Positions 1 through 10,004 of a stretch of DNA of 34,055 bases are shown here, in pieces. The notes under the pieces were generated by a model. That model was not told the DNA's origin. It ran no database searches and saw only the letters and a list, made by a program, of their open reading frames with translations. Source of the DNA: Eubacteriales bacterium (GTDB taxonomy: Bacteria > Bacillota > Clostridia > Lachnospirales > Lachnospiraceae); contig JAUNPT010000003.1 in the NCBI GenBank assembly GCA_030536565.1, forward strand, positions 1-34,055, written 5' to 3'. Numbering within the stretch: the first letter of the stretch is position 1; each line of letters begins with the position of its first letter. The position numbers were made by a program, and so were the translations under genes.

Positions 1-77
1 CTTATCAGATTATTTGTACTTGAACTGCATACATTACAGTTCCCTAAATAATATTATACGCTTCTTGTCAATCCCAC

Positions 78-1031
78 CTATAAATCTTTTCTTTCAGCCC
101 TTAACTCCTCCGCAATTTCGCTAATCCTGCGTAATCTGTGATTAACTCCGGATTTTCCAACCTCCGGCTCCAGCATTTTTCCAATATCTTTAAGATTCAT
201 ATCCGGATTTTCCAACCGTATATATGCCACTTCCCTTAAGTTATCCTTAAGCTCATCAAGCCCAATTGTATCTCTGATATATTCAATATCCTTAATCTGC
301 TTTACCGCCGCCTCAATTGTCTTGTTTAGATTCGCCGTCTCGCAGTTTACCTTGCGGTTTACATCATTCCTCATGCCCTTTAGAATCATTACATTATACA
401 GATTCATCTGAGCCACAAACGCTCCCATAATATTTAACACATCTGTTATGTTGCTTCCTTCCTTCATGTAAACCACATAGCTTCTTTTTCTTCCAATAAC
501 CTTAGCATCGAGCTTGAAAAAACAAAGCATGTCTTTCATAATCTGGGCATCTTCTTCATATTCACATACAATTTCATAATGATAAAATTTGTTTGGGTCA
601 CTAATTGAGCCGGCTGCTAAAAAGGCGCCCCTGATAAATGCTCTCTTGCAGCATTCTTTCTGTATCAGTCTGGCGTCCACAAATACCGGCTGCACATGGT
701 TGAACTGCTCATCACACCATTTCAGTGTCATAAGAATTTTTGCCACATACTCCGGCTTTTTTATTATTATATTGTAAATACGGTTTGTCCTGCCTTCAAT
801 ATCCAGCAAAATCTCCTGTTCTTTAATTCCAAACACCTTAAGAAGCATCTCCTGGTATACTCTTGACACCAGTTCGTTTTCTGTAGAAAACTCCACCTGC
901 ATATTCTTGCCTGAATTTCTTCTTATCCTGCCGCCAAAAGCCATCAAAGCGGCAAATTCCGCTATCTGACAGTGTCTTGCTGTATCAGTCTTTGACTCTA
1001 ATTCTTCTTTCACCTCTGATGAAAATGACAT
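78..1031 (-). CDS. whiA: DNA-binding protein WhiA (LAGLIDADG-like + HTH)
   Basis: N-term MSFSSEVKEEL; AFIRGAFLAAGSISDP; RNDVNRKVNCETANLNKT; C-term HTH KSGVNHRLRRI; follows rapZ. Confidence 0.95.
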   Translation of the reverse strand: MSFSSEVKEELESKTDTARHCQIAEFAALMAFGGRIRRNSGKNMQVEFSTENELVSRVYQEMLLKVFGIKEQEILLDIEGRTNRIYNIIIKKPEYVAKILMTLKWCDEQFNHVQPVFVDARLIQKECCKRAFIRGAFLAAGSISDPNKFYHYEIVCEYEEDAQIMKDMLCFFKLDAKVIGRKRSYVVYMKEGSNITDVLNIMGAFVAQMNLYNVMILKGMRNDVNRKVNCETANLNKTIEAAVKQIKDIEYIRDTIGLDELKDNLREVAYIRLENPDMNLKDIGKMLEPEVGKSGVNHRLRRISEIAEELRAERKDL

Positions 1032-1060
1032 TTTTCACCTCATTCTTAAAACTATTATAT

Positions 1061-1939
1061 CTATTTCCCGGATGTTTTTTTCGCATCCTTATCTATGTCT
1101 CTGTGTTCCACCTTACAGCCATATTCCGTAGCTGCAATTTTCTCTGCAATTGCGTTAGCCAGTGTAACTGAGCGATGCTTTCCACCTGTACAGCCAATAG
1201 CAATGACTAAACTGTTCTTGCCCTCCTTCACATAATTAGGCAGAAGAAATTTAATCAAATCCTCAATTTTATCCAGAAATGCCTGTGTCTCCTTACAATT
1301 CATCACATAATCCCTGATAGGCTTATCATTTCCTGTTAATGGCCTTAACTGCTCAATATAATAAGGATTTGGTAAAAATCTTACATCCAGCACTATATCT
1401 GCGTCAACTGGAATCCCGTATTTAAATCCAAAGGATAATACTGTTACATATAGATTATTATATTCCTTCTCTCCAACAAAAATCTTAGACAGCTCAGCCT
1501 TTAATTCTCTTGTAAGCAGCTGGCTGGTATCTACAATAAAGTCTGCCCTCTTTTTTAAAAACTCAAGCTGTTTTCTTTCCATATTAATACCCTGATCGAC
1601 ACGGCTGCCTTTTGAAAGCGGATGTGTTCTTCTTGTTTCCTTATACCGTTTAACCAACGTATCATCACTTGCGTCCAGATACAGAATCTGATAATTAACT
1701 CCTCTCTGTGCCATCTTATCCAACACATTTGAAAATTCGCTTAATGCCTCACCATTTCTGATATCAATTCCCAATGCAATTTTAGAATATCCCTGCTTCT
1801 GCCTCTGCGCCAAATCCGCAAAATTCATAACCAGGGAAATCGGCATATTATCTACGCAGTAATAGCCATCATCTTCCAAAACATTCAATGCTGTTGATTT
1901 TCCTGCTCCTGACATTCCTGTCACAATTACCATCTTCAT
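1061..1939 (-). CDS. rapZ: RNase adapter / P-loop nucleotide-binding protein RapZ (YvcJ)
   Basis: VTGMSGAGKS Walker A, CVDNMP, SFGFKYGIP, DVRFLPNPY, IGCTGGKHRSV. Confidence 0.95.
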   Translation of the reverse strand: MKMVIVTGMSGAGKSTALNVLEDDGYYCVDNMPISLVMNFADLAQRQKQGYSKIALGIDIRNGEALSEFSNVLDKMAQRGVNYQILYLDASDDTLVKRYKETRRTHPLSKGSRVDQGINMERKQLEFLKKRADFIVDTSQLLTRELKAELSKIFVGEKEYNNLYVTVLSFGFKYGIPVDADIVLDVRFLPNPYYIEQLRPLTGNDKPIRDYVMNCKETQAFLDKIEDLIKFLLPNYVKEGKNSLVIAIGCTGGKHRSVTLANAIAEKIAATEYGCKVEHRDIDKDAKKTSGK

Positions 1940-1957
1940 ATAATCTCACCCAGCTTT

Positions 1958-2899
1958 CTAAAAACCAAGCTTCCTCACTTCCAATTCCAGTTCCACACCA
2001 TATAGCTCTTTTACCTTATCTTTTACATAGTCAGTCAATGCAATTACATCTGCTGCAGTTGCACCGCCTCTATTAATAACAAAGCCCGCATGTTTTTCAG
2101 ATACCTGTGCTTTGCCCACCGAAAAACCTTTAAGCCCAGCATCAGAAATAAGCTTTCCTGCAAAGTATCCCTCCGGTCTTTTAAACGTACTTCCAGCACT
2201 TGGGTACTCCAATGGCTGTTTATCTCTGCGTCTGTATGCGAAATCTGCTATTCTTTCTTCAATTTCTGTCTGACTGCCGGGTGTTAAGGCAATTACTGCT
2301 TCCAGCACAATATATCCTGCCTTATCAATAATGCTTGTTCTGTATCCCAGCTTTAACTGTTCATTACTAAGCGTCTTTATACTGCCCTGACTGTCCATTA
2401 CCGTTGCATTAATTAAAACATCTTTCATCTCACCGCCATAGGCTCCGGCATTCATCATGACCGCCCCGCCTATAGTTCCCGGAATCCCTGTAGCAAACTC
2501 AAAACCTGAAAGACTGTTTTTAGCCATATCCTTTCCAAATCTTGAAAGCATTATTCCTGACTGTGCAGACACATAAACCCTGTTATTCTTATCTGCTGCA
2601 CAATTGCATGCATCATGCAGGAAGCTGTAGCTGTTAAAATGGCGTGACATATCAAATATCACTCCGTCAAACCCCTTATCAGACACGAGAAGATTACTTC
2701 CATTACCTATTATCTCAAAAACCACTCCCGTTTCCTTTAACCATACAACCGCTTGTGCTAACTGCTCCTTTGTCTTAGGTGTAACATAAATATCAGCAGG
2801 CCCTCCAATGCGAAATGTTGTGTGCTTACTCATTAACTCACCCGCACTTACATTTTCCTGCCCAAATATTTCAACAAGCTTTTTTTGTATATCCTGCAT
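1958..2899 (-). CDS. murB: UDP-N-acetylenolpyruvoylglucosamine reductase
   Basis: HTTFRIGGPAD, GNGSNLL, GIPGTIGGAVMMNAGAYG, QPLEYPSAGSTFKRP, HAGFVIN. Confidence 0.96.
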   Translation of the reverse strand: MQDIQKKLVEIFGQENVSAGELMSKHTTFRIGGPADIYVTPKTKEQLAQAVVWLKETGVVFEIIGNGSNLLVSDKGFDGVIFDMSRHFNSYSFLHDACNCAADKNNRVYVSAQSGIMLSRFGKDMAKNSLSGFEFATGIPGTIGGAVMMNAGAYGGEMKDVLINATVMDSQGSIKTLSNEQLKLGYRTSIIDKAGYIVLEAVIALTPGSQTEIEERIADFAYRRRDKQPLEYPSAGSTFKRPEGYFAGKLISDAGLKGFSVGKAQVSEKHAGFVINRGGATAADVIALTDYVKDKVKELYGVELELEVRKLGF

Positions 2900-2915
2900 T
2901 CTAAACTCCTATCTA

Positions 2916-3851
2916 TTACAGCATTAGTCTGGCAGCTCCGCACATACCTGCATCATTTCCAAGTGCTGCCTTTAATATCTTAGTATCCCTGCTTGGGTGG
3001 AATACAAGCTCCCTGTAATTTTTTTCAATAAGATTAATAAAATAATCTCCAGCCGCCGAAACGCCGCCTCCAATTAAAAAGCATTCCGGGTCTATAATTC
3101 CTGCCGCACATGCAAGTCCCTTGGCAAGCATTCGTGAAACATACTCTGCCACCTTTACTGACAGCATATCACCTGATTTTGCCGCATCAAATATATCCTT
3201 GGCAGTAAACTTTTCAATTTTTCTAAGCACAGAAGCCATAGTTTCCTCCTGCAGCATTTTTTGTGCAACCCGCACAATCCCTGTCGCTGACGCATACTGC
3301 TCAAGACAGCCGCTCTTTCCACAATTGCATTTTTCTGTCTCATTGTCCTCAACTGGGATATGTCCTATTTCCGCAGCCGCACCATTAAAGCCCACCAGCG
3401 GTTTTCCATCTATAATTATTCCACCGCCGACACCAGTACCTACCGTAATCATCATCATACTTGAATATCCCTTTGCACCTCCCAGCCAAAATTCTCCAAG
3501 AGCCGCCATATTAGCATCATTCCCCGCTTTAGCTGATATTCCCATTCTTCTTTCAATTTCTGCTGCTGCATTAAAAACTCCCCAGCCCAGATTAACACAT
3601 TTATTAACAACACCATCTTTATTAACTGAGCCTGGAACTCCCATTCCAATACCAATGATATTTTCTTTTAAAATATTCCTGTCACTGCATATCTGCCGGA
3701 TTTGTGCACATATATCATCTATTATGCGGGCTCCCCCATCTTCTTTACGTGTTGGAATCTCGCATTTCTCTACAAGTGTTCCGTCTGTATAAAACAATCC
3801 ACATTTAACTGTCGTACCGCCAATATCTATGCCAAATACCACCTTTTTCAA
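2916..3851 (-). CDS. ROK-family glucokinase
   Basis: GIDIGGT, NDANMAALGE, GTGVGGG, EIGH..CNCGKSGCLE Zn motif; TTG start abuts the hprK stop. Confidence 0.9.
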   Translation of the reverse strand: MKKVVFGIDIGGTTVKCGLFYTDGTLVEKCEIPTRKEDGGARIIDDICAQIRQICSDRNILKENIIGIGMGVPGSVNKDGVVNKCVNLGWGVFNAAAEIERRMGISAKAGNDANMAALGEFWLGGAKGYSSMMMITVGTGVGGGIIIDGKPLVGFNGAAAEIGHIPVEDNETEKCNCGKSGCLEQYASATGIVRVAQKMLQEETMASVLRKIEKFTAKDIFDAAKSGDMLSVKVAEYVSRMLAKGLACAAGIIDPECFLIGGGVSAAGDYFINLIEKNYRELVFHPSRDTKILKAALGNDAGMCGAARLML

Positions 3852-4799
3852 TTATTCATCCTCCTCATCGCCCTTCATAAGATTTTCCTGTACTCTCCTG
3901 TATAACTCCTTAGCGGCATTATATCCCATCATCTTCTGTCTGTGGTTAACTGCTGCTGCCTCAACTATTACCGCAAGATTTCGCCCCGGTCTGATTGGCA
4001 GTGAATGGCACACCACCTTATTGCCCAGATATTCTGTATACTCCTCCTCAAGACCAAGTCTGTCATACTCCTTGTCTTTATTCCAGTCCTCGAGCTTTAT
4101 AACCATATTGATTTCCTGCTGTTCCTTTACACTCTCTACACCAAAAAGCGTCTTAACATCAATAATACCTATGCCGCGAAGCTCAATGAAATACTTCGTA
4201 ACCCCCGGTGCAGTGCCAATAAGTGACTCGTCACTTACCTTACGTATTTCTACAGCGTCATCTGTAACAAGACGATGCCCCCTCTTAATCAGCTCAAGAG
4301 CCGCCTCACTTTTACCTATGCCGCTCTCTCCTGTAATCAGCACGCCTTCACCATATACATCTACTAATACTCCATGAATAACAATACATGGCGCAAGCTG
4401 CACCTTAAGCCATCTTATTACCTCTGCCATAAATGAAGACGTTGACTGCTTTGAACGCAGTATTGGAATCTGGTATTTCTGTGCCAAAACAATAATCTCA
4501 TTCTCTGGCTTTAAATCCCTGCAGAACACCAGACATGGAATATTACTTGACAAAAGCTGCACATAACGCTCATATCTGTCCTGCTGTGAAAGACTGTTTA
4601 AATATGAAAATTCCACATTTCCAATTATCTGGATACGGTCATTATCAAACTGCTCATAAAAGCCTGTCAGCTGCAATGCCGGTCTGTTTACCTCAGGTAT
4701 ATGAAGCCAGATTCCTGAAGCGTCTATTTGCGGTGTCAGGTTCTCTAACTGCATCTTGTCTATTACCTTGGATAATTTTACTCTTTCATTCTCATTCAT
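3852..4799 (-). CDS. hprK: HPr(Ser) kinase/phosphorylase
   Basis: NRPALQLTG, HGVLVDVYGEGVLITGESGIGKSE, ELRGIGIIDV, PIRPGRN; start moved to ATG 4799 behind GGAGAAG (ORF track starts 4832). Confidence 0.96.
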   Translation of the reverse strand: MNENERVKLSKVIDKMQLENLTPQIDASGIWLHIPEVNRPALQLTGFYEQFDNDRIQIIGNVEFSYLNSLSQQDRYERYVQLLSSNIPCLVFCRDLKPENEIIVLAQKYQIPILRSKQSTSSFMAEVIRWLKVQLAPCIVIHGVLVDVYGEGVLITGESGIGKSEAALELIKRGHRLVTDDAVEIRKVSDESLIGTAPGVTKYFIELRGIGIIDVKTLFGVESVKEQQEINMVIKLEDWNKDKEYDRLGLEEEYTEYLGNKVVCHSLPIRPGRNLAVIVEAAAVNHRQKMMGYNAAKELYRRVQENLMKGDEEDE

Positions 4800-4893
4800 A
4801 ATCTTCTCCATTCCCACATATCCTGTATGCATTTAAGAAAGTCAATAGCCCGTTTATTCTTGTAACCTGTATTTGTTTACATTCTAGCAAAAT

Positions 4894-6714
4894 TCAATGG
4901 AAAAATCTATATATATTATTGGCAACTGTTTCCGTAATTCCCTCTGCCTCCATCAGCTCGTCCACATCTGCTGCCCTTATTTTATCAATATCAAGAAAAT
5001 GCTTCATAAGTGCTTTTCTTCTCGCCGGGCCGATTCCCTCAATTCCATCAAGCACCGAGCTTACCTGTGCTTTGCTCCTTAGGCTCCTATGGTAGGTAAT
5101 CGCAAATCTGTGGGCTTCATCCTGTATTCTCGTAATCAGCTTAAAGCCTTCACTATGCCGGTCAATAGGAATCTCCACATTATTATAATAAAGTCCCCTT
5201 GTATTATGATGGTCGTCCTTTACCATTCCGCACACCGGAATATCAAGTCCAAGCTGCCCTAAAACCTCCAGTGCAATATTTACCTGTCCCCGGCCACCGT
5301 CCATCATAATAATGTCAGGATAAACCTCAAAACCTGTAAAGCCCTCTATACCTCTTTTAAATCTTCGCGTAAGCACCTCCCTCATGCTATTATAATCATC
5401 AGGCCCCTTCACGGTTTTAATCTTAAACTTCCTGTAATCATTTTTCCTTGGCCTGCCATCTTCAAAAACCACCATCGAACCAACCGATTCAACACCATTA
5501 GTATTAGATATATCAAATGCTTCAACTCTCTTTACTTCAGGCAGTGACAGCCAGCTGGCAATTTCCTTCACTGCTCCTATAGTCCGTTTAAGCTCTCTTT
5601 TTATTTTTTCACCGTCCTGTATAAGAACCATCTGTGCATTTTTATACGCAAGCTCTACCAGCTTTTCCTTATCACCCTTCTTCGGTGTGATAATAGAAAC
5701 CTTTCTTTTTTTCATCTTGCCAAGCCAGCTTGCTATAAGCTCATTATCCTCTATCTCCTCCTGCAGCATTACCACATTCGGAATATACGGCGTTCCGCCA
5801 TAATACTGCTTCATAAACTCTGATAAAATATCGCTTCTTGTATCTCCCTGTGCCACGCTCATATGGAAATGTTCCCGTCCCAGAAGCTTTCCATTCCTGA
5901 TGAAAAACACCTGAACTACCGCATCTGTACCATCAGAAGCACAGGCAATAACGTCCCTGTCTGTTCCATCGTCATTTGTTATCTTCTGTTTCTGTGCAAC
6001 CTGCTTCACGCTATTAATCAAATCTCTGCATCTGGCAGCCTCCTCATACTCAAGCCTGTCTGATGCTTCCTGCATCTGATTTGTCAGCTGGTTTAATACT
6101 ACACTATAATTGCCATTTAAAAACTCAATTACGCTGCGGACTGACTTCCCATACTCCTCTTTGGAAATGTAACCCTGACATGGTGCAAAACACTGCCCTA
6201 TGTGGTAATTAAGACAAGGCCTTTCCTTCCCCTCGTCCTTAGGAAGATTTCTGCTGCAGGTCCGTATCTTATAAAGTCTGCAGAGAAGCTCAATAGTATC
6301 CTTGACTGCACCTGCACTGGTATAAGGCCCAAAATACCGGCCCGCCTTATGCTTCATATCTCTTGCGAACATAACCCTCGGATATGCCTCATGAACAGTC
6401 ACCTTAATAAACGGATATGTCTTGTCATCCTTTAACATTGTATTGTACTTAGGCCTGTGCTCCTTAATAAGATTACATTCAAGCACTAACGCCTCCAGCT
6501 CTGAATCCGTAATTATATATTCAAAATATGCAATATGAGAAACCATACTCTGTATTTTTGATGTATGGTTCCTGCTGCTCTGAAAATACTGCCTGACACG
6601 GTTCTTTAAGCTCACTGCCTTACCTACATATATAATAGTATCCTTACTGTCATGCATTATATATACACCGGGCTTTGCCGGAAGCTTTTTTAATTCATCT
6701 TCTAAATCAAACAT
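4894..6714 (-). CDS. uvrC: Excinuclease ABC subunit C
   Basis: GIY-YIG ([22 protein letters not shown]), [23 protein letters not shown], HhH GIGPARR; probable start ATG 6714 after GGAGA (6726 alternative). Confidence 0.96.
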   Translation of the reverse strand: MFDLEDELKKLPAKPGVYIMHDSKDTIIYVGKAVSLKNRVRQYFQSSRNHTSKIQSMVSHIAYFEYIITDSELEALVLECNLIKEHRPKYNTMLKDDKTYPFIKVTVHEAYPRVMFARDMKHKAGRYFGPYTSAGAVKDTIELLCRLYKIRTCSRNLPKDEGKERPCLNYHIGQCFAPCQGYISKEEYGKSVRSVIEFLNGNYSVVLNQLTNQMQEASDRLEYEEAARCRDLINSVKQVAQKQKITNDDGTDRDVIACASDGTDAVVQVFFIRNGKLLGREHFHMSVAQGDTRSDILSEFMKQYYGGTPYIPNVVMLQEEIEDNELIASWLGKMKKRKVSIITPKKGDKEKLVELAYKNAQMVLIQDGEKIKRELKRTIGAVKEIASWLSLPEVKRVEAFDISNTNGVESVGSMVVFEDGRPRKNDYRKFKIKTVKGPDDYNSMREVLTRRFKRGIEGFTGFEVYPDIIMMDGGRGQVNIALEVLGQLGLDIPVCGMVKDDHHNTRGLYYNNVEIPIDRHSEGFKLITRIQDEAHRFAITYHRSLRSKAQVSSVLDGIEGIGPARRKALMKHFLDIDKIRAADVDELMEAEGITETVANNIYRFFH

Positions 6715-6786
6715 ATTTTTCTCCATTTACTCTATACCTGCAATCTAACTCCTGCCTTTATAAAATTATAACACGATTATATTCCA

Positions 6787-6815
6787 TTGTAATCCCACGA
6801 AAAAAAAAGTATAAT
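6787..6815 (+). promoter_or_regulatory. Sigma-A-type promoter for plsC (TTGTAA-17-TATAAT) with an A9 tract in the spacer
   Basis: TTGTAA 6787-6792, TATAAT 6810-6815, 17-nt spacer; an opposite-strand TATAAT at 6765-6770 could serve uvrC. Confidence 0.7.
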
Positions 6816-6863
6816 ACAACTGCTGACATAAATTATCAGCCTATAACTGAAATGGAGATTGTT

Positions 6864-7568
6864 ATGAAACGAATTATACTTATGTTCCTGCTAAACTTTT
6901 TTTATGCCCCTGTTACGCTTATAAAATTATCATATTATTCCCACCACCGCGACAAATATTCGAGAGAATTTTTATACAACTTTCTACAAGACATTACATT
7001 TCACGCATTAAAAGGTGGTAAAGTCACAGTAATTACTGAGGGCGCACAAAACATTCCCACAGATTCAAATTTTATATTTTTTCCAAACCATCAGGGCTTC
7101 TTCGATGTTCTTGCAATTATTGCAGGCTGTAACATTCCTTTTTCCGTGGTGTACAAAAAGGAAGTTAAAAATATTCCCTTTTTAAAAGATGTTTTCAAAT
7201 GCTTATATGCCCTTGACATAGACCGAAAAGATGTACGCCAGTCACTCACTGTAATTAATAAAATGGCAGACGAGGTGAAAATGGGACATAATTTTCTGAT
7301 ATTTGCCGAAGGAACAAGAAGCCGTCAGGGTAACACGCTTTTAGATTTTAAAGGCGGTTCCTTTAAATCAGCGTATAAAGCCAAATGTCCTGTAGTGCCG
7401 GTTGCCTTAATTGATACCTATAAACCATTTGACATTGGTGATATTAAACCCGTATCAGTCACTGTAAAGTATCTTCCACCGATTCCTTATGAAGAATACA
7501 GTTCCCTGAAAACTCACGAACTTGCAGCTTTGGTAAAATCCAAAATACAGGGTGCAATTGACGTCTGA
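6864..7568 (+). CDS. plsC: 1-acyl-sn-glycerol-3-phosphate acyltransferase
   Basis: NHQGFFD (HX4D) and FAEGTRS motifs; start set at ATG 6864 after GGAGA because the longer ORF overlaps uvrC. Confidence 0.88.
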   Translation: MKRIILMFLLNFFYAPVTLIKLSYYSHHRDKYSREFLYNFLQDITFHALKGGKVTVITEGAQNIPTDSNFIFFPNHQGFFDVLAIIAGCNIPFSVVYKKEVKNIPFLKDVFKCLYALDIDRKDVRQSLTVINKMADEVKMGHNFLIFAEGTRSRQGNTLLDFKGGSFKSAYKAKCPVVPVALIDTYKPFDIGDIKPVSVTVKYLPPIPYEEYSSLKTHELAALVKSKIQGAIDV

Positions 7569-7589
7569 TACGTCTGCACCCTGCATTTT
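7542..7589. terminator. Bidirectional intrinsic terminator between convergent plsC and transglutaminase genes
   Basis: AAAAT-A-CAGGGTGCA ... TGCACCCTG-C-ATTTT inverted repeat. Confidence 0.7.
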
Positions 7590-9951
7590 ACAGCACATCT
7601 ATATACTTTATCTTAAGCTTCTTTGCTCCGCTTACCCTTAAGTAAACCAAAAGCTCCATCTGTTTAAGTGCCTTTGTAATTTCTTCAAACTCATAATCCT
7701 CAAGCACTGTTCCCTGTGAAAACCTGATTCTTAAAAGCAGCTCCATCACTCTGGAAATACCGCATTTTCTAAGCTGTTCATCTCTTGTCTCAAGCATATT
7801 AACATATTCCTCATAATCCATTCCCTCTGGTTTATTGTAGCCCAGTACTTTCAGCATTCTAATAAAATAATCATACAGACTGGCAGCCTGTTCGTATATA
7901 CGTTCTTCATCTTTTTCTTTCAGGAGTTTCTCTCTTGCCTTCTTTTTATGATGCATTCTAAGCAGTAACATAAGCCAAACAAATATCAACAGTAACAATA
8001 TTCCTGCTATTATAATTAATACTTTATATATTTTTTTTGGTGTTACTTCTTGTCCGGCGTCCCCCATATCGTCCAAAACAGTAATGTCCTCAGTTTCTGC
8101 AGTATATGTTTCTTCTTCAGTATCATTTGCTGTCTCTTTTGTTGTCTCCTCTGCTGTCTGGCTTTCTTCCTGTCTTGGAACCGTCGTACCCTGTTCTTTG
8201 TCATCTCCGGACAGCCCGGCTTCAGCCATATAATCGCTTCTGGAATTTCCTGGTGTCGCCTCAATCGGAATCCAGCCATATCCGTCCATATACACTTCAA
8301 CCCATGCATGTGCATTGCGGTCTGTAAGTTCAATAGTATATGCCGCTTCGCTGACATTTTCTCTGGTTCCATCAGTAGTATAACGCTCCATCTCAAGATT
8401 GGATACTGTTCCACTAATGACTTTATCATTAGTCAGCACATATCCCTCACAGTATCTCGCAGGAATCCCTGCATACCTGAACATCATGGCTGCTGCTGTT
8501 GCAAAATAAGTGCAATACCCTTTTTTACTGTCCTTTAAAAAATACTCCAGAAAATCCCTGCCATCTGGGACCCTGCCTGGTGTTACAGTATATGTATAAT
8601 TTTCCTGAAGAAATTTTTTGACAAATTCTATGTACTCTCTTTTTTTATCATAAGTGTTAACTTCAACTTCGCCGATAATCTCTTTCATAAGAGCCCTTAC
8701 TGAATCAGGCATCATGTCTTCCCCATAATCTCTCTGAACAGTCTCTCTGTAAATACCCTCCTTAGCAGAAAATTGAATCGTCCCAAGCAGGGTATCCGGC
8801 TTCCTCTCATAACTTGTCTTTATTACTGTCCTTCGGTCTGCAAGTAATTTAAATTTTGAATATTCGCCATTCCCTACACTAAACCCATTATATGTCTTTT
8901 TTTCCCCGTTTGGATTTTCCTGCAATATATAAGAAAAATACTTATTATTCCTGTAATATTCATCACCAGTTTCACCTGTAAGAAACCTCTGCAGCTCCTC
9001 GCTTGCGTCCATCATATTGAATACATATTCCGTTATCCTATCCTGCCCCACATTACTTGCACTCCACTGGTCTGATTTGTATTCTGCCCCTGTAAATGTT
9101 TTAAAATACTGGTTTCTTCCAGTCTCTATTGTAGTCACAGTGGCAAGCTTTGCGTCACTGAACTTAACCTCATGGATTTTTCCCAGCTGCCCGTAATTAA
9201 TTCCCCCTGGAGCATCTATGCCAAAAAATGATTCTGATATGGAACTAATCAGATATTCCGCTTTATTATACAAAGAACTGAATATTTTTTTCCTTTCATA
9301 GCTTTTCTGAGGAACAAATAATACAATCCCCAGATATACTATAATCCCTGCTGCCAGTATTATGTATCCTGAGGTTATTTTACTGCTTTCTCTGCTTCGC
9401 GCAGAGGAAACAAAAATGTATAATGTACAGCATAGAAATGAAACCACGTGTGGTATTACTGAAAATAAAATAAATACTGCTAAAAACGGAATAACTGTTA
9501 TAATTGCAGCCGCCATGCTTCTGAAAAAAACAACCTCAGCTGCAAGTATCATTGCGGCAAGCATAACCAGCAAAAACAAAAGAGAAGCATCAAACTCTGC
9601 TTTTGCCTTTCCCAAAGAATCTCCAATTGCAAGAACAGTCCCGCTTTCACGCCTTACCTCTTCAACAAATCTTTGAATACAGTATATAACACTGCTGCTT
9701 ATGCCTGATATATTAACTAAACCATAAAAAATGATTAATACAAAAACACCTGCTGCGCCCGCCAGCCTGTATCCGCCGCTCATATTTAAAATACTGCACC
9801 ACAGTATTGCACCGATAATACTTAAAAATGCGGCCAGCCATAATGATACTTCTGGTAATATACAGGTTAATGGCACGCTGACTATCCCAAATACGCCAAT
9901 ACATGTCAGTATAATTTCATATATAACTGATGACACTTTCTTCCTATCCAT
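7588..9951 (-). CDS. Multi-pass membrane transglutaminase-like (TgpA-type) protein
   Basis: About 6-7 N-terminal hydrophobic segments; triad motifs GYCTYFAT (Cys), HAWVEVY (His), GWIPIEATP (acid); acidic linker, second TM region, C-terminal cytoplasmic domain. Confidence 0.88.
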   Translation of the reverse strand: MDRKKVSSVIYEIILTCIGVFGIVSVPLTCILPEVSLWLAAFLSIIGAILWCSILNMSGGYRLAGAAGVFVLIIFYGLVNISGISSSVIYCIQRFVEEVRRESGTVLAIGDSLGKAKAEFDASLLFLLVMLAAMILAAEVVFFRSMAAAIITVIPFLAVFILFSVIPHVVSFLCCTLYIFVSSARSRESSKITSGYIILAAGIIVYLGIVLFVPQKSYERKKIFSSLYNKAEYLISSISESFFGIDAPGGINYGQLGKIHEVKFSDAKLATVTTIETGRNQYFKTFTGAEYKSDQWSASNVGQDRITEYVFNMMDASEELQRFLTGETGDEYYRNNKYFSYILQENPNGEKKTYNGFSVGNGEYSKFKLLADRRTVIKTSYERKPDTLLGTIQFSAKEGIYRETVQRDYGEDMMPDSVRALMKEIIGEVEVNTYDKKREYIEFVKKFLQENYTYTVTPGRVPDGRDFLEYFLKDSKKGYCTYFATAAAMMFRYAGIPARYCEGYVLTNDKVISGTVSNLEMERYTTDGTRENVSEAAYTIELTDRNAHAWVEVYMDGYGWIPIEATPGNSRSDYMAEAGLSGDDKEQGTTVPRQEESQTAEETTKETANDTEEETYTAETEDITVLDDMGDAGQEVTPKKIYKVLIIIAGILLLLIFVWLMLLLRMHHKKKAREKLLKEKDEERIYEQAASLYDYFIRMLKVLGYNKPEGMDYEEYVNMLETRDEQLRKCGISRVMELLLRIRFSQGTVLEDYEFEEITKALKQMELLVYLRVSGAKKLKIKYIDVL

Positions 9952-10004
9952 CTAAACCCTCTATTCCATAAGCTTATCCGTAAATCATTTATAATACTTC
10001 TTTT

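Noticed and set aside
53-71. TTGACA and TATAAT on the minus strand downstream of whiA
   Set aside because: Spacing is only 7 nt, so not a valid sigma-A promoter pair.
3121-4377. Long + strand ORFs (223 aa, 182 aa), and similar ones at 8050, 10467, 16780, 19650, 22472 and 24155
   Set aside because: Antisense shadows of well-supported genes, with biased composition and no recognisable motifs.
6714-6864. LexA (GAAC-N4-GTTC) box upstream of uvrC
   Set aside because: No match found in the intergenic region.
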